Source of the DNA: Eledone cirrhosa
Taxonomy: Eukaryota
Direction: 5' to 3'
DNA length: 64,000 nucleotides
NCBI GenBank assembly: GCA_964016885.1
Contig: OZ024742.1
Location: forward strand, 155,868,001-155,932,000
The translations under genes were made by a program, and so were the position numbers. Under the pieces are notes generated by a model. The model saw nothing but the letters and a program-made list of their open reading frames with translations. It did no database searches and was not told where the DNA came from. Positions 41,582 to 61,692 of this stretch are shown piece after piece (position 1 is the stretch's first letter; each line of letters starts with the position of its first letter).

Positions 41582-42331
41582 CACACATACACATTTACAA
41601 GCAAACACGCATACATACACATACATACAAATAAGTACACATAAACGCATATGCACAAACACGCACTCGTTCGCACTCATACATGTGTCTATAGTATAAA
41701 GGTAGTGGGACAAATTTTAATTTTAAATTTTAAATTTTAAAATGTTAAACTGGACCTGATAGAGGATAAATAACAAATGTCACTATTAAGTTATTAATAT
41801 TATCATCAAGTAATTAATTACTATTTATTATTTATTACTTACTATTTACCATTCACTGTTCGTTACCTATCTTTTATCCCTTATTTATTCATTACCTAAT
41901 CATTCACTCATAAATTAATAAATAAATGAATGAGTTAACCAACAAACAAACAAACAAACAGATAAACAAATAAACCAGTAAATAAGTAAATAAATAAACA
42001 AATAAATAAATAAACGGATAAATAAATAAATAAGTAAATAAAGTAACTAAATAAATAAATAAATAAATATACAGTTAAATAGATAAATAAATCATGAACG
42101 TGTGCGTGCAGCAGTTCATAACTGCGAGTATGCAAACATGAGCAGGTATATACGTGAATTTGTGTGTGCTGCCACGGAACTTGACTCAGAGGCATACAAC
42201 ACAATATATAACACCTGGAGGGGAGGAGAGAGGGGAATAATGAGAGATAGAGGGGAGGAAAGAGGGTAATAATGAGAGATGGAGGGACGGAAATGGGATG
42301 GGGGAGAGGTGGGGTGGTGATATGGGGGTGG

Positions 42332-42775
42332 TCAGGGGGCCGGGGGGGGGGGGGGGGGTCTGTAGTTTTTGTAATTTGCATAGTTCTTGTGCATGCAATT
42401 AGGGGAGTGTTCCGAGATCTTGTTGAGGAGAGGGCCTTTGGCGAATAGAATCTCATAGCTCTCGGAGATACAGAGGTCACAGCAATTATGGCCTCCCGTG
42501 TATGATCGCACTCTCTGGAGTAGTCTCCATTGGGTCTTGAAGGGGATGGAGTTCCTTTTTAGGTGCCAGATGTGGGCGGCGAGTGTAGTTTGGTTAGATT
42601 TGTCTGGGCGCTGGAACGAATGTGTTTGGGCGTACCAACGAGTCTTAAAACTATTAGAAGTCATCCCGATGTACGAGTTTCTTTTTTCATCGGGGCCTGA
42701 GAGTACATCGCATATATACACGAGATCTTTTTTTAGACAGTTGTTGTTGAGAGGGCAGGTCGTCTTATCAGGGCA
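42332..42775 (-). pseudogene. Inverted duplicate of the GIY-YIG domain
   Basis: Near-identical peptide to 43578-44009. Confidence 0.9.
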
Positions 42776-42789
42776 GGGTAATAAAATAT

Positions 42790-44009
42790 GAGACCCCCTT
42801 CGACGTTAGCATGGGTGCTAGCGACTCAGCTGAAATTAGTGACCTTGTGGGTCTGTTCATCCACCACAGGTTGAAGACCCTCTTCACAGGCCTCTCCGGC
42901 GGTCTCTACCGAGATGACGGCCTCTTTGCCCTCCACAAAATCAACCCCAGGACCACGGATGTGTTCAGGAAAAACCTTTACACCTTCTTTAAAAACTTAG
43001 GCCTTAGGATTACCTTAGATTCGAACTTAACTAAAGCTAACTTCCTAGACGTTACCCTCGAGTTAGAAACTTCCCTTTACTTCCCGTACCACAAACCTAA
43101 TGAATCCCTTAGATATATAGACGTTAATTCTAACCACCCCAAAAATATATTAGACAACCTAGTAAAAAGTGTCTCCATTAGGATATCTAGCCTCGCCGCC
43201 AATGAAGATATCTTTAGAGCAGCAGCCCCCTATTACAACGAGGCCTTGGCCCGCAGCGGCTTTAGAGATAAGATCACCTACCTTACTATAGCCCCACGCC
43301 CACCCAGGAAGTATAGGCAAAGGCACATTAGCTGGTACAACCCCCCCCCCCCTTCAACCGAGAAGTTTCAACACCTGTAGCTAAAATGTTCTTCACTCTC
43401 TTACAAAAACACTTCCCCACCCAACATAGGTACTACACTATCCTTAATAAGAATACCATTAGACTCTTTTACTCTACCACACCTAATCTATCTAGAAACT
43501 TAGCCAACAACAACATCAAGAAGCTAAATAAGTCTACTTTTTCCGAAGCCCATCCAGCAACCGATAGCAACTGCAATTGCCCTGATAAGACGACCTGCCC
43601 TCTCAACAACAACTGTCTAAAAAAAGATCTCGTGTATATATGCGATGTACTCTCAGGCCCCGATGAAAAAAGAAACTCGTACATCGGGATGACTTCTAAT
43701 AGTTTTAAGACTCGTTGGTACGCCCAAACACATTCGTTCCGGCGCCCAGACAAATCTAACCAAACTACACTCGCCGCCCACATCTGGCACCTAAAAAGGA
43801 ACTCCATCTCCTTCAAGACCCAATGCAGACTACTCCAGAGAGCGCGATCATACACGGGAGGCCATAATTGCTGTGACCTCTGTATCTCCGAGAGCTATGA
43901 GATTCTATTCGCCAAAGGCCCTCTCCTCAACAAGATCTCGGAACACTCCCCTAATTGCATGCACAAGAACTATGCAAATTACAAAAACTACAGACCCCCC
44001 GCCCCCTGA
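42790..44009 (+). pseudogene. PLE RT (motif B onward) + GIY-YIG, frameshift at a poly-C run near 43345
   Basis: FDVSMGASDSAEISDLVG, GLYRDDGL, NFLDVTL, SNHP, CNCPDKTTCPLNNNCL, LVY...YIGMT, CDLCISE. Confidence 0.92.
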
Positions 44010-44483
44010 CTGACCCCCCTCCCCACATCACCACCCCTCCCCACCCCCATCCCATTTCCGTCCCTCCATCTCTCATTATTACCCTCTTTCCTCCCCTCTA
44101 TCTCTCATTATTACCCTCTCTCCTCCCCTCCAGGTCTTATATATTGTGGTGTATGCCTCTGAGTAAAGTTCCGTGGCCGCACACACAAATTCACGTATAT
44201 ACCTGCTCATGTTTGCATACTCGCAGTTATGAACTGCTGCACGCACACGTTCATGATTTATTTATCTATTTAACTGTATATTTATTTATTTATTTATTTA
44301 GTTACTTTATTTACTTATTTATTTATTTATCCATTTATTTATTTATTTGTTTATTTATTTACTTATTTACTGGTTTATTTGTTTATCTGTATGTTTGTTT
44401 GTTTGTTTGTTGGTTAACTCATTCATTTATTTATTAATTTATGAGTGAATGATTAGGTAATGAATAAATAAGGGATAAAAGAT

Positions 44484-44760
44484 ATATTCCTTTATTAGCC
44501 ACAGGGGCACAAAAGAAGGGGACAAATACAAAGGGGGAAGTTTACATACAATAAAAACGTGTAAAATGTTATCACAGATGGAATTTAAAAGTTACTCAAT
44601 TTTCCCCAATAGAGGGAGACAGTTTATATGGGTAACACATACCCCCGAAAAAAAATGTGCAACCCTCATCTCCAGGAGTACGAAGAGCTTCTACTCCTTT
44701 CCTCTCCTCCTCCTTTTCCTCAACCTACAGGCTGATATAGAGAGAAGGCCCATTCACTCG
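44484..44760 (-). mobile_element. About 280-bp insertion in one arm only, probable LINE 3' end
   Basis: Absent from the mirror arm at about 41865. AATAAA near its minus-strand end. No clear TSD. Confidence 0.55.
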
Positions 44761-45100
44761 GGCAACGAATAGTGAATGGTAAATAGTAAGTAATAAATAA
44801 TAAATAGTAATTAATTACTTGATGATAATATTAATAACTTAATAGTGACATTTATTATTTATCCTCTATCAGGCCCAGTTTAACATTTTAAAATTTTAAA
44901 TTTTAAAATTTAAATTTAAAATTAAAATTTGTCCCACTACCTTTATACTATAGACACATGTATGAGTGCGAACGAGTGCGTGTTTGTGCATATGCGTTTA
45001 TGTGTACTTATTTGTATGTATGTATGTGTATGTATGCGTGTTTGCTTGTAAATGTGTGTGTGTATGTATATATGTATATATATATATATATGCATGTGTG

Positions 45101-45327
<227 letters not shown>

Positions 45328-45360
45328 GTATATATATATATATGTGTGTGTATGGGTATG

Positions 45361-45393
<33 letters not shown>

Positions 45394-45552
45394 ATATTAG
45401 ATTTTATATGTATGTGAGTGTGTGTATGTGTATATATGTATATATATGTGTGAATGTATGTGTTTGTGTGTGTGTGTATATGTATGTGTATGCATATGTA
45501 TGTATGTGTATGTAGAGTATAGTTTACTCAAGAGAGACATACGTAGATGTAG

Positions 45553-45602
<50 letters not shown>

Positions 45603-45749
45603 ATACACATATATATGTATATATCGCGTGTATGTGTAGATATATATGTGTGTGTATGTGTATGCGTGTGTGTGTGTATTTTTGTGCGTGTGTATTTTTG
45701 TGTGTTTGTGTTTTTCCTGTGTATATATGTATATATGTGTATGTATGCA

Positions 45750-45809
<60 letters not shown>

Positions 45810-45857
45810 TGTATATGTGTGTGAATGTGTAGGTGTGCACATACACACACACATATG

Positions 45858-45908
<51 letters not shown>

Positions 45909-45967
45909 GTATATATATATATGTATATATATAGGTATATATGTGTGTGTGTGAGTGTTTAAATATA

Positions 45968-46030
<63 letters not shown>

Positions 46031-46687
46031 AAGTGTTTTTGTATGTGGTTGTGAGTATGTAAAATAATTTTATTCTTTCCATCCTACAAAAACACTCTGG
46101 CCACCTGTGGCTTGTATGTTAACTTGACCACTCACCCCAGTCTGTGCCATGATTCGGTCTTGTTAAATGTTTAATTTCTATTACCAACCCACCTAAATTT
46201 CCCTACTATATATCTGTTGAATTACTATTCATGGGGTTTTTATTTATTTACATTTTTTATTTTTATTTATTCTTTTATTTATTTTATCTATCTATTCTTT
46301 TATCTATTTATTCATTTATTTATTTATTTACTCATTTATTTATTTCAAAAAAGCATTCTGGCTAATTGACCACTCCCCAAAGAAAAAACGGCCTGTGCCA
46401 TGAAGTCGTCCCGTGTATCTAAATACCCCCCCCCTTCCATCACCCCTCCCTTACCACTACCTAAATGTATAAATACCAGAACTTAATATGACACCCAACT
46501 TCCTAAAGATTTCATCTGTATGAAACAGTACTAGTCCTGTAGAACCTCCTTCTATATATATATATATATATATATATAGATATGACAAAAGAAATTAAAG
46601 AAATTATTTTCTTTAGTCAAAATACGACGTCAGCTTACATTTCTAATAATTTCAAACCAATTCGCTGTTTCGAAAAGTATTCTTACA

Positions 46688-46848
46688 TTAGAAATCATCA
46701 GGAATCTCTGAGATTCCTGATGATGTCTAAAGAATGAAACAGTTCTAGTCCTGTAGAATGTCATCTATATTAAAACTTGTATACTCTGCTATATATTGAG
46801 TACCTTACTTACTGTGGTTACCTCCGATTCAACCCGGAATAACGTACC

Positions 46849-46850
<2 letters not shown>
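46688..46850 (+). mobile_element. Short pLTR tip with HHR (46713-46759) and 21-bp fold-back
   Basis: ATTC-CTGATGA-T-GTCT(AA)AGAA-T-GAA-ACAG(TTCTAGTC)CTGT-A-GAAT, similar to the reverse complement of 40484-40619. Confidence 0.7.
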
Positions 46851-46892
<42 letters not shown>

Positions 46893-49012
46893 GAATTGTC
46901 AAATAATAACTATGATTACGAAACGCCAAATATATTGTTAAAATATGATAATCAACTTAAATTATTACAATTCCGATAGAATGTTGCGCACTATTGCTTC
47001 CGGCTCTCTGCCCTCTAAAATTAAATTTTACCAAGGTAAACTTTGCATTTCATCTTTTTGAGGTCGATGAACAGTACCAATCCAATGAAAGGTTTAGCTT
47101 TTTTTTATATAAATTTCTGTAAGAAATTGGCTATGCTTAAGCCTGGTAAGGATTGGTACCAACCAGGTTTAAAATGCCCTAAATAAGTCGTCACTACCGT
47201 GCCCCTGCAATTTAGCAGACTTAGGCTTCTATACGTATTATCGAAATTTCTATGTTGTATAGAATGTCTGTAGAAAAATTGCATATAGAATAGAAACGTA
47301 TTCCTCCTTTATCTATTCATGCCTTCTCTCTTTTACTTACCAAACGTAACAGGAATCATCTGATTAAAAGTAAACATGTTAGTTTCACACTTTGAAAGAT
47401 TAATATGCGTTTTTTCTCCTTTTCTTCGTGTTTTCTGGTGGAAGTCGGTATAATCGAATTGCTGATATAGGAACCTATCACAGATAGCCTTTTTAATCCT
47501 AGCGTCCGATCAACAACCACAATTATCATTTACAATATATGAGTTATTTAAATTAATTGTACATTTATCCATCAAAATGTCCTAATGTTTCATTTGATTC
47601 GTTGTTTATCAATTCATATTTTTTTCTCTCATTTTTAAAATATTAATAATTCTATTTGAAAAAGCTGGCGCTATTGTTATCTGTATATCACCATAATACC
47701 ATATCACTATCCGAGAAAATGAGTATGAGATCAATTTGAACTATGAGCAGGCAAGAGGACAAATATGTGACATGCGTGATAGCATAGGCTACTTGATAGC
47801 ATAGGGCTACTTGAATGTATATTTCTAGAAGAATAAGACACAATAAAGAGAATTCTGTCCGAGATTATCAAAAGTAGCAACAACAAAACAATAACTGAAT
47901 CAGCTCCAGATCGGAGAGATAAAAGATATGGACAATTTCTTACATTCAACAGTATATAAGTTGACTTATTGTTCAATACAATTTTAGAGGCCAGGCTTCT
48001 AGTTGAGAAATTGCGGGGAAAAAATGATGAGTAGCTTTTCCCGTCTCATTTAGAAATGATATATGTGTACACTTTCACTAAATTGTCGGACAATGTCGGC
48101 ATGTGTTGAGCAATACCTCAGCACCTGAGCGTTATGGTATACAGTAGTTGTTATTTATAGGAACGTAATAATTTCGTCTCATAAATGGTATGCATATCTC
48201 TGATCAAACAGTCCAACTAATATGCTTCAATAAACAATGTCAATAACAATAAATGGACAATTATAATGAGAAATGCATGTTTGTTCGAGATGATAATCAT
48301 ATTTGGTCAAGTATTATAACCATAGCCATGTGATAGAGATATTTGTCATTGAAACAAAGTTTACTATATTAGATGTTTCTTAACATTCGTAATTCTGTGA
48401 ATGTATTAATTTTGACATGAAGGATGAATTTTGAGTGTAAGGCTATATTTCCTATAGTCTCTGCGGAAACAAAGATCAGAAGAACCTGCTGTGTTGATTC
48501 AATATCCATGACAACACAATTCATCAGGATCAAACACGCACATAAAATATAGGCGTAGTTGGTATCATTAATGTCAAACCAAATATGCAATCTGACGTTA
48601 ACGGATTTTCTTTGAAAGACGCTTTGATGGGTCTTAATTCTTTATTTATATTTGTACGACTGCCTGTTGTATCATGTGAAGATTTCTTTGTACACCCGAT
48701 CATTGTCCTGTATATATCTTTATGTTTTTCTATAAATTATGTTATTGTGTGTATGCATACCGACATAACTATACATACACCCAATTACATGTGTCCGTGC
48801 ATGTATGTGTATATATGTGTATAATTACGAGCTTGTGAGTGTACTTCAATGACTGAATCTAAATTGAATATTGTACGCTGTGCAGAATAAAAGGCTGAGT
48901 AAACATAAACATATATATTCACATACCATGATGTGCACGAAAGAAAAAAAATATTCTGCTTCATAGATAGATATCTAATACAAAAGCATATGTATTTGCA
49001 GATGCATAATAT

Positions 49013-49068
<56 letters not shown>

Positions 49069-49116
49069 TATGTATATATATATATGTATATATATATGTG
49101 TGTATACTGTGTATAT

Positions 49117-49195
<79 letters not shown>

Positions 49196-49326
49196 TATAT
49201 TGGTAAACGGAATAGAAAATGCTGACAAATTGTTCACAGTGAAAAATAGTTTAATTAGGAATAAGTAAGAATTAGTAATAGTATTGGTTAGTATTCTGTT
49301 TTGGTTTTAAGTTTTACCGGTATAAA

Positions 49327-49390
<64 letters not shown>

Positions 49391-49399
49391 CATATAAAC

Positions 49400-49465
<66 letters not shown>

Positions 49466-49587
49466 CTCATGATTTCATACGAAATAAACAGTACTAATCA
49501 TATAGAAAACATTTTTATATAAAGTAATGATTATTATACCGACCTATTGAATACCCTTTTTAGTTATAGACCTTTTCCACCCCTATA

Positions 49588-49638
<51 letters not shown>

Positions 49639-49799
49639 GTGTGTGTGTGGGGGGGGAAGGGGTGAGTGTGTTTATATAAAATACATATATGTGTGTTTCT
49701 GTATATAAACATATCATTCAGATACGATTATTTATATGTGCTATTACCAAAATTATATCTTATAGTTGGAGATTTGTAAATATATGTATTTATTTAGAT

Positions 49800-55861
<6,062 letters not shown>

Positions 55862-55862
<1 letters not shown>

Positions 55863-56270
55863 ATTGTTATATTTGGGGAGGGTCATATTTGCGTAATATT
55901 GCCAGAATTAATAACAGAACACACTCACTGTTTGGTTGGTTTTCGCTTCTCGCTGTCTTTTATATATATATATCTGCGATCTAACTTACTCGGTCCTCAA
56001 TGTTGCCATTGACTGACCGGTGGTCAAAAATAAAATAATACAGATACAATATAGACAAACACATATATATATAGTTTACATAAATCTTTCGTTGCACATC
56101 TGCAACATCGTCAGTGGTGTTATATTCATTGTTCCTCCTGTTGTGTTGTATGTCTACGCCATTTTTTTTGTTCAGTCCGTCTATATATTTATTTATTTGT
56201 TTGCTTGTTTGTTTATCTTATTTTATTTTGTCTTCTTTGCGCATGCGTTTGCGTGTGTGATGTGTGACTA
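55862..56270 (-). mobile_element. pLTR of the GTATAACAATA-terminus family with HHR motif at 56078-56117
   Basis: CA-CTGACGA-T-GTTGCA(GATG)TGCAAC-GAA-AGATTT-A-TG; helix I is weak. Confidence 0.7.
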
Positions 56271-57029
56271 GTGTGTATAGTGTTGTGTCTGCTGGGTGAC
56301 TAGTGTGTGTTTATGTGCTTGTGTATGTATTTATTTATCTTATTTTATTTAATTTAATTTACTTATTTATTTATACTTCTCTTAGGTCAGTGTTGTTTGT
56401 TTGGGTGTTGTTGTTGTTCCACTCATTCTTTCTGTTTAGCTTTGGTCTTCTAATTTCTATTTCACTGGCCTCTCTGATTTGCCTATCTGCTGGGTCATTC
56501 CTATGTTTAGATATTATTCTAATTTCTATGTTGTCTATGTTACCGTCATGATGTTGTCTAGCATGTTCGTATAGTACTGACCCGTTTTTTTCGTCCTTTT
56601 AGTTCCCCCCAGTGTTGGTCTATCCTTTCACCTATGCTACGAGCTGTCTCACCTATGTATGTTGTTGTCGTGTTTCTACAAGTACCCTCTGTACATCTTA
56701 TGCTATAGACTACGTTTCTAGTTTTAAAACTAGAAACGTAGTCTATGAAACGCGTAGATTACTTCCCTTGCTTTTATCGAGAATCTAATTGTAATACGTG
56801 ACGTATTCTATTCTATAGCGATTAGGTCTTCAAAATGTTTATTATAAACATACAGAATATTTTCGAATATTCTATGTCTATATTCACATATATATCGCTA
56901 TTTCAGAGCATTTATTCCAATTTCTAATTTCTGCCGGACCGGCAACCGCTCTTTCAAACCAGTTCCTGTACACAGCTAAGTATTCTATAAGTCTCTAGCT
57001 GTGTCATTCTCGATAAAAGCACTGGATAT

Positions 57030-57072
57030 GTAGTCCTGATGATTTCTAACAAGAATGAAACGCGTAGATTAC
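57030..57072 (+). ncRNA. Minimal type I hammerhead at the tandem junction
   Basis: GTAGTC-CTGATGA-T-TTCT(AACA)AGAA-T-GAA-ACGCGT-A-GATTAC, palindromic ACGCGT, predicted cut after 57066. Confidence 0.85.
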
Positions 57073-57452
57073 TTCCCTTGCTTTTATCGAGAATCTAATT
57101 GTAATACGTGACGTATTCTATTCTATAGCGATTAGGTCTTCAAAATGTTTATTATAAACATACAGAATATTTTCGAATATTCTATGTCTATATTCACATA
57201 TATATCGCTATTTCAGAGCATTTATTCCAATTTCTAATTTCTGCCGGACCGGCAACCGCTCTTTCAAACCAGTTCCTGTACACAGCTAAGTATTCTATAA
57301 GTCTCTAGCTGTGTCATTCTCGATAAAAGCACTGGATATGTAGTCCTGATGATTTCTAGCAATTTCAATACTCACTGCAGATATACATATATATATACAT
57401 TATATATACATATATATACATATACATATATATATACATATATATACATTAC

Positions 57453-57503
<51 letters not shown>

Positions 57504-57711
57504 CATATATTATATACATATATATATACACATATATAATATATATATATATATAATATAATACATATATATATACATATATATATACATATATTATATA
57601 TATATGTATATATATATGTAATATATAATATGTATATATATATATATATGTGTATATATATATGTATATATATATATGTATATAATATATATGTATATAA
57701 TATATATATAC

Positions 57712-57742
<31 letters not shown>

Positions 57743-57771
57743 CCTATATATATATACATATATATATACAC

Positions 57772-57802
<31 letters not shown>

Positions 57803-57815
57803 CATATATATATAC

Positions 57816-57847
<32 letters not shown>

Positions 57848-58349
57848 GTATATATATATGTATATATATATATGTATATATATATATATTGTGTATATAT
57901 ATATGTATATATATATATGTATATATATATATATGTAATATATATATATGTATATATATATATATATGTATATGTATATATTATGTATATATATATGTAT
58001 ATGTATATATATGTATATATATATGTATATATATATATGTATATATATATATGTATGAAATTGCTAGAAATCATCAGGACTACATATCCAGTGCTTTTAA
58101 CGAGAATGACCAGCTAGAGACTTATAGAATACTTAGCTGTGTACAGGAACTGGTTTGAAAGAGCGGTTGCCGGTCCGGCAGAAATTAGAAATTGGAATAA
58201 ATGCTCTGAAATAGCGATATATATGTGAATATAGACATAGAATATTCGAAAATATTCTGTATGTTTATAATAAACATTTTGAAGACCTAATCGCTATAGA
58301 ATAGAATACGTCACGTATTACAATTAGATTCTCGATAAAAGCAAGGGAA

Positions 58350-58392
58350 GTAATCTACGCGTTTCATTCTTGTTAGAAATCATCAGGACTAC
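58350..58392 (-). ncRNA. Identical hammerhead on the minus strand
   Basis: Exact reverse complement of 57030-57072. Confidence 0.85.
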
Positions 58393-58689
58393 ATATCCAG
58401 TGCTTTTATCGAGAATCTAATTGTAATACGTGACGTATTCTATTCTATAGCGATTAGGTCTTCAAAATGTTTATTATAAACATACAGAATATTTTCGAAT
58501 ATTCTATGTCTATATTCACATATATATCGCTATTTCAGAGCATTTATTCCAATTTCTAATTTCTGCCAGACCGGCAACCGCTCTTTCAAACCAGTTCCTG
58601 TACACAGCTAAGTATTCTATAAGTCTCTAGCAGTGTCATTCTCGATAAAAGCACTGGATATGTAGTCCTGATGATTTCTAGCAATTTCA

Positions 58690-58889
58690 NNNNNNNNNNN
58701 NNNNNNNNNNNNNNNNNNNNNNNNNNNNNNNNNNNNNNNNNNNNNNNNNNNNNNNNNNNNNNNNNNNNNNNNNNNNNNNNNNNNNNNNNNNNNNNNNNNN
58801 NNNNNNNNNNNNNNNNNNNNNNNNNNNNNNNNNNNNNNNNNNNNNNNNNNNNNNNNNNNNNNNNNNNNNNNNNNNNNNNNNNNNNNNNN
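58690..58889. other. Assembly gap
   Basis: 200 N. Confidence 1.
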
Positions 58890-58910
58890 CATATCACCTT
58901 TTTTCCCTTA

Positions 58911-58994
<84 letters not shown>

Positions 58995-58995
58995 A

Positions 58996-59256
58996 TATTA
59001 ATTCAAAATATCAACAAAATAGATATTCTTGTGATCAATTATATTTTATTATACATATTTCAGACGTACTGAATTAGGATTAATCAAGTTAAATTATTAA
59101 ATCTTAAACATCTACCATGTCAGGGTATGTTATGTAGCATTTTATTTTATCTGATGAGGACGTACTGTTGAACTTAATTCAGTACCTCCGAAATATATAT
59201 AATAACATATAATTGATCACAAGAATATCTATTTTGTTAATATTTTGAATTAATAT
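58996..59256. mobile_element. ORF-less inverted-repeat mini-element with HHR at 59143-59209 (+)
   Basis: Arms 58996-59077 and 59175-59256. TATTTTAT-CTGATGA-GGACGTACTG...CAGTACCTCC-GAA-ATATATAT-A-ATAACATA. Confidence 0.82.
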
Positions 59257-59913
59257 TAATAACTCTGGAAAAAATGTTCTTTCAATCTATTGTAAAACTA
59301 ATTTGTTGATGTATTCATTGAATCTTGTTTAACTCTTAAATATATATATATATAACATTTCAGGTTATCAATAATGTAGTGATAATATATCGTCACGTTA
59401 GAGATGAACAGCGTACGTGTAGGTTTGCTCAACGAGTATAAATTATATTCCGGAGAAAATGTAGAAAAGATGAATATAAAATGAAAATGCTTTTTTTTTT
59501 TTTAAAAAAGCAATTTATTAGGTATTGACATATGTTTCTGTAACAGACGGAATACCTATGTATCGCTGCTTGCGTAATCATATAATGTTAGCAAGTATTC
59601 GATAGCAAATGTATAATCAGTTGTCACTTCTTTAGAGATATTGGATAAATTGGGAAAAATCAGGAAATTGAAGTATTTATATTAGTTGTAATAAAGGAAG
59701 AAGAGAGGGGAGTGTATATGACAGATGGCAATTATATTTACTTGTAAACAAGTATATAAAGGGTTTCTAATGAGAATACAATGAGTATATGGTTTATTTT
59801 ATCTAAATAAGAATCTTTGGGAGTACCTATTTTAATCTATACTTGACCAATTGAACAATGGACAGGGCTGGTCGTTTGGTGTAGTAGTATTAATTATAAA
59901 GTGTCAATTAAGG

Positions 59914-60024
<111 letters not shown>

Positions 60025-60255
60025 AGATAAAGAGATTATAATTTTTTTCAACACGCTGACATGCATGTGTGTGCGTGTGTGTATGTGCATATACATACAT
60101 TTATATGTATGAGTATATAACTATAATTGCGCAAACACAGGCGCGCTTACAAAAATACACACTCATGAACATACATTCACACAAATATACACACTTTCAC
60201 ACAAACGTAGATATATTTACACAAACATACACATACAGTCAAACATAGTTTAACT

Positions 60256-60820
60256 TTTTTTGAGTTTTTTTACTCATTTGTTGTTACAGTTTTATTCACA
60301 GTTGTATAACAAAAATATAATATAATGCTTACAGAACGAAAACACAACAAACATAATATGTACAAAGGGAATGGAAAGGAAAAAAAGAAAAAGAAAGAAG
60401 CACACAAGCAACTCACATTTAGGATCACATACAACAAAAAGCAGGCGAAAAGGGTGGACAAAACGAGCTACACCTAGAGCAAAATTTGACAGTATAGTGA
60501 AGACCACTTGGAAATCCCTCTAATACTTTTTGAAACAAGCCAGCCACGCTTGCAGCATTTCATCGGGTGGTGGCGAGGCTGAGGTGCTGGAACAACAAAG
60601 CGCCCTCGTCAGTATCACCAGTTACCACAGTTAGGCGAGCTACCAGTGAAGATAAGAACCTCGCTGTAAATAGCCCGATACTCCCAAACATCACGAACGC
60701 CACAGGCCGGAAAATGTAATTAGAGGAGAGATCACAGGATTTTAGGATTTTGTTCCCTGCGGATGCTGTAGCTCTCGCCGTAACCGCTGCATCAAGTATC
60801 TCGGGGGCCGTGTTCATGAC
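60256..60820 (-). pseudogene. 3' remnant of a CRE-like non-LTR retrotransposon plus UTR
   Basis: KILKSCDLSSNYIFRPVAF...TGDTDEGALLFQHLSLATTR*NAA, followed by AATAAA and an A-rich end on minus. Confidence 0.7.
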
Positions 60821-61510
60821 TTATGGAAGGCAGGAGGCTGAATAAAGAGCTAGCATTGCGAGAGCAGATGCAGTGATGATCCAGTTTCAGCATTCAGTAA
60901 TCAGAAAAATAGAGGTAAGTCTTACTGGTATTCCTGCCAATCCTTACCGAGGGTCATAGAACTTGGGTAATAACTGAAATAATATAATTGTTAATCCAAG
61001 CGACCGAATTAGGGTTCCTCCGAAGGGTCTTTGGAGTAACGTTCTTCGATAAATTGCATAGCTCGGAAATCAGAGAGTTACTCCTGGTAGAGCCGCTGCT
61101 TCTCTAGATTGAAAGATCACAGTTCTGATACTATAGGAATGTGATTAGAATGTCTCACGGAAGAATCGCTGGACAGATTTTACAGGCAAAAACCAACCGG
61201 CAAGAGACCCAGAGGTAGACCCGGAGCAAGATAGTTGAATAACATCCACGAGCGGTCTTGCTTTGGGATACTGCTGGATCAGTTAGAGATGTTTGCTTCT
61301 GACAGACTCGCTGGAGGGTGTGTTTGAGAAGGACTCTGCCCACACGTCCCTCACAGCAATAAGTGGGCGAAGAACAAGAAGATACTGTCCATTTACTTTT
61401 CAATTTACATATCATACCTATAGGCATATATATTTGCGTGTAATACCAATATGCACACTACACATGGTAGCAGCAAACCATCCGGAGTGTGGTTTTCTGC
61501 TATTTAAGCT

Positions 61511-61692
61511 AATAATTGTTTCTACGTTAGGCACAAGGCCAGCAATCACCAGTGTATTACTGGTACTCTATTTTATCGACTCGGTAAGGATGAAAGGCAA
61601 AGTTAACATCGGCGGGATTTGAACTCAGAATGGCAAGGGCCGTAACTCTATGCGCCAAAGCATGGCATCCGACACTCTACCAATCCACCGCC
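61511..61692 (-). mobile_element. tRNA-derived SINE with 14-bp TSD
   Basis: TSD tttaagctaataat at 61503-61516 and 61693-61706. Confidence 0.9.

Larger units (their letters stand above)
56747..58689. mobile_element. 310-bp ORF-less HHR tandem element (retrozyme-like): two direct units 56747-57367, inverted unit 58056-58415, direct partial 58402-58689
   Basis: Period 310 (gaaacgcgtagatt at 56747 and 57057); copies essentially identical. Confidence 0.88.

Noticed and set aside
47700-48700. Possible decayed LINE coding sequence
   Set aside because: No recognisable RT or endonuclease motif by eye.
56747-57367. CRISPR-like or satellite interpretation of the tandem repeat
   Set aside because: No spacers, a 310-bp unit and a eukaryotic context; the HHR and fold explain it better.
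60840-61400. Possible N-terminal part of the CRE element or a host exon
   Set aside because: Only weak motifs (SREAAA, IPKQDR); cannot be supported.
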